A stretch of 64,000 nucleotides of DNA from contig CANKMW010000015.1 of NCBI GenBank assembly GCA_947483555.1, positions 26,425 through 90,424 on the forward strand, read 5' to 3'. The DNA comes from Myxococcales bacterium (GTDB lineage Bacteria > Myxococcota_A > Polyangia > Haliangiales > Haliangiaceae). A program made the position numbers and the translations under genes. The notes below the pieces were generated by a model. The model ran no database searches. It was given only the letters and a program-made list of their open reading frames with translations, and was not told the DNA's origin. Positions 15,439 through 27,772 of the stretch are shown piece after piece; positions within the stretch are counted from its first letter, which is position 1, and every line of letters starts with the position of its first letter.

Positions 15439-16764
15439 TCAGAGGTTGCTGTTGCCCTCGATGAACGGGTCGGCCGCGAGCTGGTCCTCGAAGCGCCCCC
15501 GGTAGCGCAGCACGTAGAGGCCGTTGCGGATGTCGACGACGTAGATGAGGCCATCCTGGACCACCGGGTAACTCCACATCGACACCGGGTGTCCGCCCAG
15601 CGCCGGATCCTCGGTGGTGACCGCGGCTAGCGGCGCGGGCCGGAACTCGGTCAGCCGCACCGGCAGCGTCGGATCCGACAGATCCAGGACCTGCAGGCCA
15701 CCGGCGTACCAGGTGACCAGCGCCAGGTCGCGCGTGGTGGTCGTGTTGTGGGCGGTGAAGGCGATGTTGTCCTGCGGATTGGCGCAGTAGGCGGGGTCGT
15801 TCTCGGGCAGCCTGTACTCGCCAAGGATCGTCGGCGCCGCCGGGTTGGTGATGTCGACCGTGCGCAGGTGTCCCCATGGACAGGCGGTGCCGAACGGCCG
15901 CGGGTAGACCTCCTCGGTCACGACCAGCACGTCGCGGCCCTCGAGCGGCACCGCCGAGTGCGGCCCCGCCGCCTCGGCCGGCGGCCAGGTGAGGGCCGCG
16001 GTCGGCGGCGTGAGCAGCGTGATCGCTGGCATGGCCGACAGATCGGCGAGCAAGAGTCCGGCCTGCAAGTGCGAGAGGTATGCGACCCGGCCGTCCTCGG
16101 AGACGCCGATCGAGTGCAGGATGTGTTCGCCACTGAGGCGGACCACGCCGGCCTCGGTCGGATCCCACATGACGAGGCGCAACGGGTCGCGCGGGTCGGT
16201 GACGTCGATGACCTCGAACGCGGGCGGGCCGGCCGGGGCGGCGAGAAACAGCAGCACGCGCGCGCCGTCGCGCCACAGGTAGAACTCGTGCGGCCCGCGC
16301 GGCCGTCGCGGCGTGCCGGCGACACCGATCGTGCCGAGCACGGCCGGCGCCCGCCGATCGCTGATGTCGTACAGCCGGAGGTTCTCGAGCTCGCCGCCGC
16401 TCTCGGCACAGCCGTGCAGCTCCTTGTCGCACACCATGTTGAGGACCACGAGCAGGTTCAGGTCGGGCACCGCGCGCAGCTCGCGCGACGACATCGACGG
16501 CAGGCCGGCGAGCGGTGGCCCGATCTCGCCCACCACCGTCGGCGCCGTGGGGTCCGAGATGTCGACGATCGCCACGCCCTTCTGATCGTTGCGCGATCCG
16601 ACGTACACGGTGTCGCCCGCCACCGCGAGCGCCGCGTTCATCCCGTGCCCGCCGAGATCGGTGTGGCCGACCAGCTCGAGCTCGTGCACCTGCGGCAGGT
16701 TGTCGCCGCACCCGAGCAGCGGCGGCGCCACCAGGGTCGCCGCCGCGAGGAGCATCCGCCACAT
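15439..16764 (-). CDS. LVIVD-repeat beta-propeller lipoprotein
   Basis: The start [20 protein letters not shown] is a lipobox. Repeated [21 protein letters not shown] LVIVD repeat units follow ([43 protein letters not shown]). The upstream 108 codons of the six-frame ORF are R/G-rich artefact. Confidence 0.7.
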   Translation of the reverse strand: MWRMLLAAATLVAPPLLGCGDNLPQVHELELVGHTDLGGHGMNAALAVAGDTVYVGSRNDQKGVAIVDISDPTAPTVVGEIGPPLAGLPSMSSRELRAVPDLNLLVVLNMVCDKELHGCAESGGELENLRLYDISDRRAPAVLGTIGVAGTPRRPRGPHEFYLWRDGARVLLFLAAPAGPPAFEVIDVTDPRDPLRLVMWDPTEAGVVRLSGEHILHSIGVSEDGRVAYLSHLQAGLLLADLSAMPAITLLTPPTAALTWPPAEAAGPHSAVPLEGRDVLVVTEEVYPRPFGTACPWGHLRTVDITNPAAPTILGEYRLPENDPAYCANPQDNIAFTAHNTTTTRDLALVTWYAGGLQVLDLSDPTLPVRLTEFRPAPLAAVTTEDPALGGHPVSMWSYPVVQDGLIYVVDIRNGLYVLRYRGRFEDQLAADPFIEGNSNL

Positions 16765-16787
16765 CGGCGGAGCATAGCGGACTTCGT

Positions 16788-17146
16788 TCACTCGTCGGGC
16801 AGCACGTAGTCGCCGCCCTGCCGATCGCAGCGGGCGCGAAGCTCCTCGTCGCGCAGCGTGCGGGGACCGTACCAGTCGATCTCGGTGACCACGCCGGCCT
16901 CGCGTTCGCCGGTGAAGCGACAGCCACCGACCGCCTCGTCCCGCTCGCACGGGCGGTCGCCCCAGGTGCCGCCGGCCGCGCACACGTCGCGGGCGGCCTC
17001 GAGCTCGGCCTCGGTCCAGGCGCCGCCGTACTCGATGCACAAGCTGGGCGCGTGCTCGCAGCTGCCACGGACATCGGACTCGGGACAACCGGCCAGCCCG
17101 GTGAGGCTGGTCAACGCCAGCGCGAGCAGGACCAGGCGGGACATGC
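16788..17146 (-). CDS. small Cys-rich lipoprotein
   Basis: An internal Met gives MSRLVLLALALTSLTGLAGC, a lipobox. The mature domain has 8 Cys. Confidence 0.5.
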
Positions 17147-17406
17147 CGTGGGGCTCAGCAAGCGGTGCGCCAGGTCGCGGCGGGCGCCGAAACCGCCGCC
17201 GGTCGGCCGCTTGGCGTGGTCGCTGCCCGCGGTTGCCGTTCCCTGCCTCGGACCGTCGACAGATGGTCACGTGGCGTCGTGGCGTCGGGGCGTCGGGGCG
17301 CCACCGCGGGCGGTCCGGAACCAGCGGCGGGGCGTGAACCGGCCCCAGAAACCCGACCTACCGCGCGCTGGCGCGCCAGGCGGAGGCATGGCAAGTTGCG
17401 CGACCC

Positions 17407-18711
<1,305 letters not shown>

Positions 18712-18753
18712 ACCCGCGGCCGCGGCGTTGCCGGGGCCGCTCCCAGCCGCGGA

Positions 18754-21465
18754 TCAGAGCTCGACGCGGACGCCGAGCAGGGCGAGCAGCGGCGCCTGGA
18801 AGCGGCTCGGCTGCCCGTAGCGGCGATTGACGCGGGCCGGCGAGCTGTCGTCGACGTTGTCCTTGGCGAACACCAGGTCAGGCTCCTCGCCGCCGTCGAT
18901 CGGCAGCAGGTCGTCGATGACGTAGACCTCGTCGACGGCGACGGTGCCGCGGCGATCGAACAGGTTGAGGACGTCGAGGCTCACGGTGACGCGGCCGCGC
19001 CGCGCCGCCAGCCGCACGTTGGCCTGCGCCACCGTGGGCAAGCGCCCGGCGGCGCCGCGCGGGATCAAGAACGACTGCCCGGCGATCGTGCGCACGCTGC
19101 GCGGCCGTCCCGAGCTGGCGGTGGCGCGGACCGCGAGGTCGAGGTCGAGGCCGTGGCGACGGCCGCGGCCGGCGATCTCGGCGAAGTACCGATGCGGCTG
19201 GTCGTTGGGCAGTTCGCCGGTGGCGTTGACGGCGTCGCGATCGAACATCGACGACAGGTACAGACCGAAGCCGTCGACGGGATCGTAGGGACCGGGCCAG
19301 TTGCCGCGCAGCCGCGACCAGGCGTAGCCCATGCGCAGGTGCACGCCGGCGCCCGGCGAGTTCTCGAGCGAGACGCCGACCTCGGTCAGATCGCGCGTCG
19401 CGGCCGCGCCGGCCGCCGGATCGGCGCCGACCACGGTCAGCACACCGGCCTGGTCTTCTAGCGTCCGGCCGAGGTGGCGGTGGCGAACCACGACGCCCAC
19501 CCGCGCGACATCGGCGGCACCAAGCTCGAGGCCGGCGAGCGCCTCGTCGACGCGCACGCCGCGCAGCCCGTCGGCCACCGCGACCGCGCCGCTCGACGCC
19601 AGCGCATGCGACGTGGTGGGGCCGAAGTTGATCTGCGAGTAGATCGTCGGGCCGGCGAACACGCCCTCGCCGGTGCCGGCCGGCAGCACGGCGGCGTAGC
19701 GACCCCAGCCGGCGAACAGGCGCGACCGCCCGTGGCCGACGACGTCCCACGACGCGCCCAGCCGCGGCAGCAGATCGCGGACCTTCACCGACTCGCCGAT
19801 CTGACTCGACTCGGCGCGCAGTCCGTACTCGACGGCGACCGCGGCGCCGGGCCGCCAGGTGTCGGCGAGCCAGCCGGCCAGGTGGCGGGTCCGGATCGTG
19901 CGCTGGTGCTCGTCGAGCCAGTCGCACGACACCGCGTCACCGCACACGTCGTCGAAGCCGGCGCCGGTGCCGAGCTGGACCAGCCGGTAGTCGATGTAGG
20001 CCGCTTCGCCGAGCTGGCGACGGAGCAAGCCGCCGCTGTACCGGGTGCGCAGCACCACCCGCGCGTCCTCGCCGCTGACCCCGGCGGCGAGGGCGTGATC
20101 GCCGACGGTGCGCTCGACCTCGCCGAGGACACCGGGCCGATCCTGGACCACATCGTTGAGCTGGCCGACGCCGCCGACATGGTAGTAGCCGGTCGGGAAC
20201 GGACAGTTGGTGAACCCCGGGTAGGGATCGGCGGCGGTCTCGTCCTCGCACCCGGCGCGGACCGCGCCGTCAGCGCCACCGACGGCCGCGTCGGGCGGTG
20301 GGATGTAGCCCAGGCCGAGGTCGGGCCCGTCGCCGCCCGCGCCGCGGGGTGACTCGGTGCGGGCGTCGCGGAACCAGGTTGCCTGGACCCGGGCGCGCAG
20401 CGTCGGCCAGGTGCCGCGCCACGATGCCGACAGCGCGGCGTCGAGGTCGCGGCGATCGACGCCGGCGGCCGACTCCTCGGCGGTGACGGTCCAGCGCGGG
20501 TCGCCGCCGCTCGCCACCAGCGCGCTCGCCGCCAGCTGGTGATGCGTCGAGCGCGCCCCCACGCGGGCCATCACCGGCACCGACCACGCCAGGGCGCCGC
20601 GCTCGGCGGTGCCGATCCGCTCGTGGACCAGCAGGCCGGTGGCGGTCCGGTCGGCGACCGCGTCGCCGTCGCGGTCGGCGCGCCGCCACGCATGCCGCAC
20701 CAGGCTCGCGTCCCACAGCCGCGGCGCGATGCCGGCCGCGTACCACAGGCGGGCGCCGCCGGCGTGGCCGAGCGGTCCGCTGACGACCAGCTCGGTGTCG
20801 AACGTCCGCTGATCGGCGAGCCGACCCTGGAACGAGCGGTACTCGCCGCGCGCGACCTCGGTGAGGCGGGGCGGCGCGCCGACGCCGAGCCACACCCCAC
20901 CGCGGCGGACGTGCGCGTCGCCACCTTCGCGGAGGCGGGCGTCGATCACCGCCCCGGTGGCGGCGCGGTCGCGCACCGAGAACCCACCGGTGGTGATGAC
21001 GAGCTCGTCGAGGAACGCCAGCGGCACCCGCACGCCCAGGGTGCCGAGCCGCGGCGAGTCCACCGCCGCGCCGTCGAGCAGCCAGCGGTTGTCGACCGAG
21101 GTCGCGCCGGCGTAGTGCACGCCGGCGTCGTCGCGGCCGGCGCCCACCGCGAGGCCGGCCCCGCTGTCGAGATCGGCGGTGGCGAGTGGTAGCCGGGCCA
21201 GGCGCTCCGCCGACAGCCGGGTCATCCACGCGGCTGGCGCCCGCTGGTCGTCGACCGGGCAGGGCAGCGAGCGGGCGTCGGCGCAGGTCGCCGCCATCAC
21301 CGCCGGCTCGTCGAGGCCGAACAGGTCGGTCGCCGGTGGTGCGGCGTCGTCGGCGGTCGCGTCCGGACCGGTTGCCGCGGATGACACCGCGACGGCTAGC
21401 GCAACGGAAGCGATCCGGCGAGCATCCCAGCCGGATGGCGAAGCCAAGACCATGGATCGAAGCAT
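18754..21465 (-). CDS. outer-membrane beta-barrel protein, TonB-dependent receptor-like (Oar-like)
   Basis: 903 aa with an N-terminal signal-like region. The long sequence has an alternating beta-strand pattern rich in G, Y and aromatic residues. The C-terminus LLALLGVRVEL is barrel-like. No clear TonB box was seen. Confidence 0.55.
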   Translation of the reverse strand: MLRSMVLASPSGWDARRIASVALAVAVSSAATGPDATADDAAPPATDLFGLDEPAVMAATCADARSLPCPVDDQRAPAAWMTRLSAERLARLPLATADLDSGAGLAVGAGRDDAGVHYAGATSVDNRWLLDGAAVDSPRLGTLGVRVPLAFLDELVITTGGFSVRDRAATGAVIDARLREGGDAHVRRGGVWLGVGAPPRLTEVARGEYRSFQGRLADQRTFDTELVVSGPLGHAGGARLWYAAGIAPRLWDASLVRHAWRRADRDGDAVADRTATGLLVHERIGTAERGALAWSVPVMARVGARSTHHQLAASALVASGGDPRWTVTAEESAAGVDRRDLDAALSASWRGTWPTLRARVQATWFRDARTESPRGAGGDGPDLGLGYIPPPDAAVGGADGAVRAGCEDETAADPYPGFTNCPFPTGYYHVGGVGQLNDVVQDRPGVLGEVERTVGDHALAAGVSGEDARVVLRTRYSGGLLRRQLGEAAYIDYRLVQLGTGAGFDDVCGDAVSCDWLDEHQRTIRTRHLAGWLADTWRPGAAVAVEYGLRAESSQIGESVKVRDLLPRLGASWDVVGHGRSRLFAGWGRYAAVLPAGTGEGVFAGPTIYSQINFGPTTSHALASSGAVAVADGLRGVRVDEALAGLELGAADVARVGVVVRHRHLGRTLEDQAGVLTVVGADPAAGAAATRDLTEVGVSLENSPGAGVHLRMGYAWSRLRGNWPGPYDPVDGFGLYLSSMFDRDAVNATGELPNDQPHRYFAEIAGRGRRHGLDLDLAVRATASSGRPRSVRTIAGQSFLIPRGAAGRLPTVAQANVRLAARRGRVTVSLDVLNLFDRRGTVAVDEVYVIDDLLPIDGGEEPDLVFAKDNVDDSSPARVNRRYGQPSRFQAPLLALLGVRVEL

Positions 21466-22151
21466 CGCACGGACCGCTCACGGCGTTGGCCGAAGGTCTG
21501 TGGCACGTCGACGCGACGCTCGACATGATCCCGATCGGCCGCCGCATGGTCGTGGCGCGGGCGGCCGATGGCAGCCTGGCCGTGCACAGCGCGGTGTGTT
21601 GCGACCCCGCGACCATGACGGCGATCGACGCGCTCGGACCGGTGCGCTGGATCGTGGTGCCGAGCGGCCACCACCGCATGGATGCGCCGCCGTGGAAGGC
21701 CCGCTATCCGGACGCGCGGGTGGTCGCCATGGCGGCCTCGCAGGTGCGCGTCGCGCAGGTCGTCGCGGTCGACGGTGACTACGGCCTCTTGCCCGCCGGT
21801 GGCGCGCTGTCCTGGCAGGCGCTCGACGGGGTCCCGGCGGAAGCGGTGCTGCTCCACCGCGGCCCCGACGGCGCGGTCACCGTGGTCTTCAATGACGCGT
21901 TCATGAACCTGCCCGATCGCATCCCCGGCTTCCGCGGCTTCATCGTCAAGCTCATCGGCTCGACCGGTGGGCCCAAGGTCACGCGCACCGCGTGCTGGTT
22001 CATCGTGAAGGACCGGGCCGCGTACGCCGCCCACCTGCGCCGACTCGCCGAGCTCCCCGGCCTGGCTCGCCTGGTTCCCGGCCACGGTGCCGTCGTCACC
22101 GACGACGCCGCCGGCACCCTGCGCCGCGTCGCCGACCGCCTGCACCGTTGA
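21435..22151 (+). CDS. hypothetical protein (possible DUF4336-like)
   Basis: The ORF has clean composition from MAKPRPWIEASHGPLTALAEGLWHVD... onward. The upstream part of the six-frame ORF is artefact. An alternative later start cannot be excluded. Confidence 0.45.
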   Translation: MAKPRPWIEASHGPLTALAEGLWHVDATLDMIPIGRRMVVARAADGSLAVHSAVCCDPATMTAIDALGPVRWIVVPSGHHRMDAPPWKARYPDARVVAMAASQVRVAQVVAVDGDYGLLPAGGALSWQALDGVPAEAVLLHRGPDGAVTVVFNDAFMNLPDRIPGFRGFIVKLIGSTGGPKVTRTACWFIVKDRAAYAAHLRRLAELPGLARLVPGHGAVVTDDAAGTLRRVADRLHR

Positions 22152-22198
22152 CAGTGGCCGGGGCCGGTAGTTGCCGCGCGGCCCCCGCTCCCCGTACC

Positions 22199-22759
22199 AT
22201 GCGAGCCATGGTCACCCGGGGTCTCCTCGTAGCTGCCGCCTGCCTGTGCCTCGCCGCCTGCGGAGGCACCGAGATCGACGCGGTCGGCAACGCGTGTGAC
22301 GACTACTGCGTTCTGGTCATGCGCAACTGCCAGGGGCCGGTCGCGCAGTTCTCGGATGTCTCCACCTGCCGGGCGACGTGCGAGACGATGGAGGTCGGGC
22401 AGCCCGGGGTCGGCACCGGCAACACGATCGCGTGCCGCACCTTCTGGGCCGCGATCGCCGAGGGCCAGCCGCCGGCGTGCACGCGCGCCGGCCCCGGCGG
22501 CGACGGCACCTGCGGCACCAACTGCGAGAGCATGTGCGCGGCGGTCGACGCCATCTGCAGCGACCAGACCAACCCGCCGTACGCGTCGACGGCCGAGTGC
22601 GAGACCGCGTGCCAGGGCTTCGTGGCCACCGAGACGTTCGATGCCAGCGACATCGCCGGCAACACGCTCGCCTGCCGCATCTACCACACCACCGCCGCGT
22701 CGACGGATCCCGATACGCATTGCAGCCACACCGGCGTGGTCAGCCCGGTCTGCCTGTAA
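22199..22759 (+). CDS. Cys-rich lipoprotein with three internal repeats
   Basis: The start MRAMVTRGLLVAAACLCLAACGG is a lipobox. Three repeats of C..C..(T/N)C..(G)NT(I/L)ACR(T/I)(F/Y) follow: ...TCRATCE...NTIACRTFW / CTRAGPGGDGTCGTNCE / TAECETACQG...NTLACRIYH. Confidence 0.55.
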   Translation: MRAMVTRGLLVAAACLCLAACGGTEIDAVGNACDDYCVLVMRNCQGPVAQFSDVSTCRATCETMEVGQPGVGTGNTIACRTFWAAIAEGQPPACTRAGPGGDGTCGTNCESMCAAVDAICSDQTNPPYASTAECETACQGFVATETFDASDIAGNTLACRIYHTTAASTDPDTHCSHTGVVSPVCL

Positions 22760-22825
22760 GCCGAGCCGGGGTCCGATCTGCTGGCCAGTACGGCGCGCGC
22801 GGGTTCGATCGCGTAGGCTTGCGGC

Positions 22826-23590
22826 ATGCCTGTCGATCGCACCCCGATGCCGCTGTCGCACCGTGCCCGCTGGGCGCTCGTCGGCAGCGCCGCGGTCACG
22901 TTCGGCCTGTACCTGATCCCGTACGGCGGTTACGTGGTGTACCCGCTCTTGCTCATCTCGACGCTGGTCCACGAGCTCGGCCACGGCATCGCCGCCGTGC
23001 TGGTGGGCAGCGACTTCGTCGAGTTCAAGATGTGGAAGGACGGCTCGGGCGTCGCCATGCACACGGTCCCCGACTCGGCGGCGGCCAAGGCGTTCATCTC
23101 GGCCGGGGGCCTGTGCGGTCCAGCGGTGGCGGCGGCGGCCATGGTGGCCGCGGCACGCAACACGACCTGGGCGCGCTACGCGCTGGGCGCGTTCGGTGTC
23201 GCCCTGGCGCTGGCGTTGCTGCTGGTGGTGCGCAACGGCTTCGGCGCCGTCTTCACCGGCGTGCTGGCTGCCGCCGCGCTGCTGATCGCGTTCCGCGGCG
23301 GAGCCCAGCTCGCCCAGGCGACGTTGCTGTTCCTGGCCGTGCAGCTGGCGCTGTCGGTGTTCTCGCGCGGCGACTACCTGTTCAAGCAATACGCCCAGAC
23401 CGCGCAGGGCCAGATGCCGTCGGACAGCCAGCAGATGGCCAACGCCATGGGAGGCGCGTACTGGTTCTGGGGCGGCATGTGCGCCGCCTTCTCGGTCGCG
23501 ATGCTGCTGGTCGGCGCGTTCGCGTTCTGGCGCGGGACGCGTGCCGCGGCCGTGGCGGTGCCGGCGCCGCGCGCGCGGGCGGCTACTTGA
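22826..23590 (+). CDS. membrane zinc metalloprotease-like protein (HExxH; M50B-like)
   Basis: A polytopic membrane protein carrying TLVHELGHGIAAVLVG (HExxH) inside a TM helix, which is typical of the Peptidase_M50B family. Confidence 0.55.
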   Translation: MPVDRTPMPLSHRARWALVGSAAVTFGLYLIPYGGYVVYPLLLISTLVHELGHGIAAVLVGSDFVEFKMWKDGSGVAMHTVPDSAAAKAFISAGGLCGPAVAAAAMVAAARNTTWARYALGAFGVALALALLLVVRNGFGAVFTGVLAAAALLIAFRGGAQLAQATLLFLAVQLALSVFSRGDYLFKQYAQTAQGQMPSDSQQMANAMGGAYWFWGGMCAAFSVAMLLVGAFAFWRGTRAAAVAVPAPRARAAT

Positions 23591-26024
23591 ACGACAACGT
23601 GAAGCCCTCGCGCGACAGGTTGTAGGCCGCGGTCAGGCGGAGCGCCCACACCGCTTCGACCAGGCACGCCGCCACCGGCTGCTTGTCCCCGCTCTCGACG
23701 ATCACGTCGACGACCTCGTCGTAGGTGCTCTCCATGCCCAGCCGCACGCTCCAGCCGGCCGCCGGCTTGTGGGTGGCGACGCACTTCTTGATGGCCGCCT
23801 CGAGCAGGAGCAGGGGGTCGGGCGGCTTACGGCCGCTGGCCGAGCCCATCATCACCCGTGGCGACACCCCATGGCGGCCGCTCATGCCCCCGGCGCCGCG
23901 GCCGATCAGGCCGAGCGTCGACGGTCGCGCGCCCGGTTCGGTCGCGACGTACGACGTCACCGGCGACACGGCGCGGCCCATCAGCGCCACCTTCATCATC
24001 TCCTCGTTCGACAGGTCGTCGTGATCGTCCTCCGAGAACACCCACGCCGCGGCGGCGCGGGAGAACGCGGCGTCGACGGTCACGACGCGGCGAAACTTGT
24101 CGCCCCAGATCATGCCGGCGAGCTCGATCCGCTCGGGTGCGTCCTTGTGGTCGACGACGATGCGCACGCCGGCGCCCTCGCGGAGCACCTCGGGCACCGT
24201 CTCGTCGTGGTGGCCCTTCTCGAGATCGAAGCCGCTGATCTTGAAGTGATCGATCTGCACCGGGCGCACCAGGCCGAGCGTGAGCCGTGGCAGTTGCTTG
24301 CCGGCTTCGTCGCTGTCGCCACCGGTGAGCTCGGCCAGGATGCCGTGGTGGGCGAGCGGGATCGGCGCCAGGTCGTGCTCGTCGTTGCGGACCAGCGTCG
24401 GATCACCGCCGCCGCGCGGATCTGCGTCGACGACGTGGACCACGGTGCCGGCCGGGACCCTGGCCAGGGCATCGAGCGCCAGCCGGTTGTCCCAGCGGCG
24501 GCGCAGCATCATGTCGGTGGTCACGATCAGGCGCAGCGGTCCCTTGCGGCCGGCGAGCGCCGCGCTGGCCATCCGGGCCCCCTCGTCGAGCGCGCTGCCG
24601 TTGCCCGGCGCCAGCTTGCCGGCCGCCTCCGCCGCCGCCAGCCGGGCCGCGACGTCGGTCGCCGGGACGAACGAGCCAAACAGCCGGGTCGCCACCCGGC
24701 GATACAGCACGATCTCGACCTCGGCGTCGGGCACGTGCGACAGGTAGGCGCGCACCACCGCGAGCTGAACCGCGATGCCGGCGGCGCGCATCGAGTGCGA
24801 GGCGTCGATCGCGAACACGATCTGCGCCTTGCGGGGCAGCGGCCGCAGCTCGGGAGCGGCGTCGAGCTCCAGGCGTCCGAAGGCGTGCGCCGGCGACGCC
24901 ACCACGCGGCCGAGGCGGGTCGCGACGCCGTCGATCTCGGGTGGCGCCAGCTCGATCATGGCGATCCCGCCATCGGACTCGTTCTCGGGTGCATCGGGGA
25001 TGAACACCGGGGTGTCGGTGGCCTCGACCTTGACCGCCTTGCCGTCGCCGAGCTGTAGCGTCCAGCTGGCCAGCGTGCCGGCGTCGAGGGCGGCATGATC
25101 CGAGATCACCAGGCGCCACAGCCCCGGTCCCATCGTCTTCGCCGGCAGCGCGACGTCGAAGCTGCCCCGCAGATCGTTCTTGCTGCCGCCGGAGCCGTCG
25201 AAGACGTCGACCTTGGCCCCGCCGGGCGTGTAGAGCGCGACCCGCAGGTCGCTCTTGTAGGTGTGCTCGAGGTCGAGGGTCAGCTTGGCGGTCGTGAAGA
25301 CGCGCCTGGTCGCCGGCTTGTCGTCCACCTCGATCGCGCTCGACGCGTAGCTCGCCGACGCGTCGACCTCGATCCCGGCCATCCACGGCGGTACCACCGG
25401 CGCGCCGAGCACGATCAGGGAATCGGTCGCCGACCGCATGCCGTCGACCTTCATCATCGTCGTGGCGTTGGCCCACGCCGGCCGCACCGTGAGCACGGGC
25501 GTCGCCAGGTTGGGAGCCGCCTCGGCGGCCTGTCGCGGGTACGACAGGAACACGCGGCCGCCGCTGTAGCGGGTCGGCACGGTGAGCGTGTACTCGACCG
25601 TGCTCGTCGAGCCGGGCAGCACCGGGAAGACCTGCAACGCCAGCTTGTCAGCCCAGCGCCAGTACAGGATCGCGGGGTCCTTCGGCTTCCACGGGCCGCG
25701 GCCGGTGAGCTCCTGGTACAGCTTCATGGCCTGCTCGGCCTCCATCAGCTCGCCTTCGAACCACTGGCTGCGGGCCCGGATGCGCAGGCCGGTGGCGGCG
25801 GCGCCGTAGGGCAGGTCGATGTCGAGGCGGGCCTCGTCGGCGATCGTGCCGGGGTTGGCGAACACGCGCCGCACCTTGTAGACCGCGATGCCGTCCTTCA
25901 CGGTGACGTCGACCGAGTGCGAGGCTTCGAACAGCGGCTGCTCGAGCGCGCTCGACAGCTCGTCGGCGGCGGCGGGGACAGCGAGCAACGAGGCGAGGAT
26001 CAGACCGGCCAGATGGATGCGCAC
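23583..26024 (-). CDS. secreted VIT (vault protein inter-alpha-trypsin) + von Willebrand factor A domain protein
   Basis: The signal peptide is MRIHLAGLILASLLAVPAAA. The VIT-like N-terminal domain begins ASHSVDVTVKDGIAVYKVRRVF... The vWA MIDAS motif is IVFAIDASHSM ... TDM. Total length is 813 aa. Confidence 0.85.
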   Translation of the reverse strand: MRIHLAGLILASLLAVPAAADELSSALEQPLFEASHSVDVTVKDGIAVYKVRRVFANPGTIADEARLDIDLPYGAAATGLRIRARSQWFEGELMEAEQAMKLYQELTGRGPWKPKDPAILYWRWADKLALQVFPVLPGSTSTVEYTLTVPTRYSGGRVFLSYPRQAAEAAPNLATPVLTVRPAWANATTMMKVDGMRSATDSLIVLGAPVVPPWMAGIEVDASASYASSAIEVDDKPATRRVFTTAKLTLDLEHTYKSDLRVALYTPGGAKVDVFDGSGGSKNDLRGSFDVALPAKTMGPGLWRLVISDHAALDAGTLASWTLQLGDGKAVKVEATDTPVFIPDAPENESDGGIAMIELAPPEIDGVATRLGRVVASPAHAFGRLELDAAPELRPLPRKAQIVFAIDASHSMRAAGIAVQLAVVRAYLSHVPDAEVEIVLYRRVATRLFGSFVPATDVAARLAAAEAAGKLAPGNGSALDEGARMASAALAGRKGPLRLIVTTDMMLRRRWDNRLALDALARVPAGTVVHVVDADPRGGGDPTLVRNDEHDLAPIPLAHHGILAELTGGDSDEAGKQLPRLTLGLVRPVQIDHFKISGFDLEKGHHDETVPEVLREGAGVRIVVDHKDAPERIELAGMIWGDKFRRVVTVDAAFSRAAAAWVFSEDDHDDLSNEEMMKVALMGRAVSPVTSYVATEPGARPSTLGLIGRGAGGMSGRHGVSPRVMMGSASGRKPPDPLLLLEAAIKKCVATHKPAAGWSVRLGMESTYDEVVDVIVESGDKQPVAACLVEAVWALRLTAAYNLSREGFTLSFK

Positions 26025-26094
26025 GAGGCCTACGACACCACACGCGCGGGGTGGTTTCCGGCATAATCGACGCCGTCAAACCCTGGGAGGGGCC

Positions 26095-27102
26095 ATGTCC
26101 TTGGTTCGCGCACTGATCGTGTCCTCGTTTGCCGCCATGCTGATCTCGTGTGGGCCGCCGCCCAAGGGTAGCGGTGGCGGTGGTGGTGGCGGTGGCGCCG
26201 GCATCGATCCCGACGCCTGCGGCAACATCTCGACGTCCGACGTCGGCCGCAAGCTCTACCAGTTCCTGTCGGCGTCGGCCGAGCTCGATCGCGCCACGCT
26301 GCAGCTCGAGGGCTCGGTCCGCGACGCGTGCCAGCGCATGGCGACCGAGCTCGGGGTCGCGGCCGACGGTGACACCCGCACGGTCTGCAAGGCGGCGGTG
26401 GCGGCGCTCGAGGCCAATCTGCAGGTCTCGGTGAGCCAGGAGACCCATCTGGTCACCAAGTACGATCCGCCGGTCTGCACGACCGAGATCGACTTCGCCG
26501 CCAGCATCGTGGCCGAGTGCGAGGCCACCGTACAGGCCGACGTCGCCGTCACCTGCGAGGGCAGCTGTGGTGGCACCTGCAGTGGCACGTGCGAGGGCAC
26601 CTGCCAGGGCGCCACCGGCGCCGGTGGCGAGTGCAACGGGGTTTGCGAGGGCAGCTGCCGCGGTCGCTGCTCGGCCGACTGTCGTGGTTACGCCGACGTC
26701 CAGGCCTCGGCCCAGTGCGAGGCGTCGGCCGAGCTGCGCGCCAGCCTGCGCACCGAGTGCAGCGAGCCCAAGGTGCGCGTCGTGCAGGAGACCGTGACCA
26801 TCGTCGACGACGCCAAGTTCCAGGCCGCGATGCGCGCCATCGACACCGGCATGCCGACCATCCTCCAGGTCGGCGCCAAGGCCGAGCTGACCGGCAAGGC
26901 GATCGTGCTGTGGGTCAAGACCCTGGCCAGCCTGGTCAAGTCGTCGGGCGAGCTGGTCGGGCAGCTCGGCGACAAGGGCGTGTGCGTCGGCCTCCAGCTC
27001 GCGGGCGCCTTCGCGGCCGCGGCGCAGGTCGAGGCGCGGGTCTCGATCTCGATCGAGGTGTCGGCCGATATCAGCGCGTCGGCCGGCGGCAGCGCGCAGT
27101 AG
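26095..27102 (+). CDS. Cys-rich repeat lipoprotein (Myxococcales-type CxGxC disulfide repeat)
   Basis: The start MSLVRALIVSSFAAMLISCG is a lipobox, followed by a G-rich linker. The central block CEGSCGGTCSGTCEGTCQGATGAGGECNGVCEGSCRGRCSADCRG matches the myxobacterial Cys-rich repeat pattern. Confidence 0.6.
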   Translation: MSLVRALIVSSFAAMLISCGPPPKGSGGGGGGGGAGIDPDACGNISTSDVGRKLYQFLSASAELDRATLQLEGSVRDACQRMATELGVAADGDTRTVCKAAVAALEANLQVSVSQETHLVTKYDPPVCTTEIDFAASIVAECEATVQADVAVTCEGSCGGTCSGTCEGTCQGATGAGGECNGVCEGSCRGRCSADCRGYADVQASAQCEASAELRASLRTECSEPKVRVVQETVTIVDDAKFQAAMRAIDTGMPTILQVGAKAELTGKAIVLWVKTLASLVKSSGELVGQLGDKGVCVGLQLAGAFAAAAQVEARVSISIEVSADISASAGGSAQ

Positions 27103-27109
27103 GGCGCAC

Positions 27110-27646
27110 TCATACGGCGTCGAACCACAGCGCGCTGGAGTACGGGTCGATCCAGGTCGGCGCGAGGAGCTGGCCGCGCTCCGCGGCGTGGTGGCGGCCG
27201 TTGAGCAGCACGTAGCGGATCGCGTTGCGCACCTCTCGCGGCGTGCGAAGCGCGCGCGCGTGGTAGCGCTCGCGGAACAGCGCGCCGGTGCGGCCGAGAT
27301 GCTTGTTGATGCGGCGAGCGAGCCGGACCATCAGGTGCAGGTGGTTGCCCAGGACGTTGAAGTGAACGACCCGGAAGTCCTCGCGGTGGCCGGCGGTTCC
27401 GATGATCTCGCGGACGATGTCCATCACTGGCTCACGCCGCAGCGAACCGACTTCGTCGACGAACCGCAGCGTGACGTGGTGTGGGTGATGACGCGAGGAC
27501 TTCGGCCGAGCGACGTGCGCGCACTTCGTGCGCCCGCGCGGGCGTCCCGCGCCAGGTCGCCATCCGCCGCGTCCGGCCGGCTTGCGCGCCTCGTCCAGGG
27601 TCATCTGCGCGGAGAGGCGTTTCTTCGAGGGGGCTCGGGTCTTCAT
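27110..27646 (-). mobile_element. HUH/Y1 transposase (IS200/IS605 TnpA-like or REP-associated tyrosine transposase), solitary
   Basis: 178 aa. The HUH motif is VHFNVLGNHLHLMV and the C-terminal tyrosine motif is RNAIRYVLLNGRHH. No adjacent tnpB. The upstream ~340 codons of the six-frame ORF are artefact. Confidence 0.65.
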
Positions 27647-27772
27647 TGATTCTGGGCAGAGTTCGATCAGGGCGGTCTGACAAGGACGCCTGGGATACGA
27701 CGCGCGCGGCGGCGGCGGCGCATGGTTGTAAACTCGCTTGTAAAATAGAACCCCGCCGTCTAATCTGCATGA

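Noticed and set aside
18878-21679. Plus- and minus-strand alternative ORFs across the TonB-receptor-like gene: 18878..19927(-), 20270..21679(-) and 19474..20352(+).
   Set aside because: These are R/G-rich frame artefacts. The 18754..21465(-) frame has balanced, beta-barrel-like composition.
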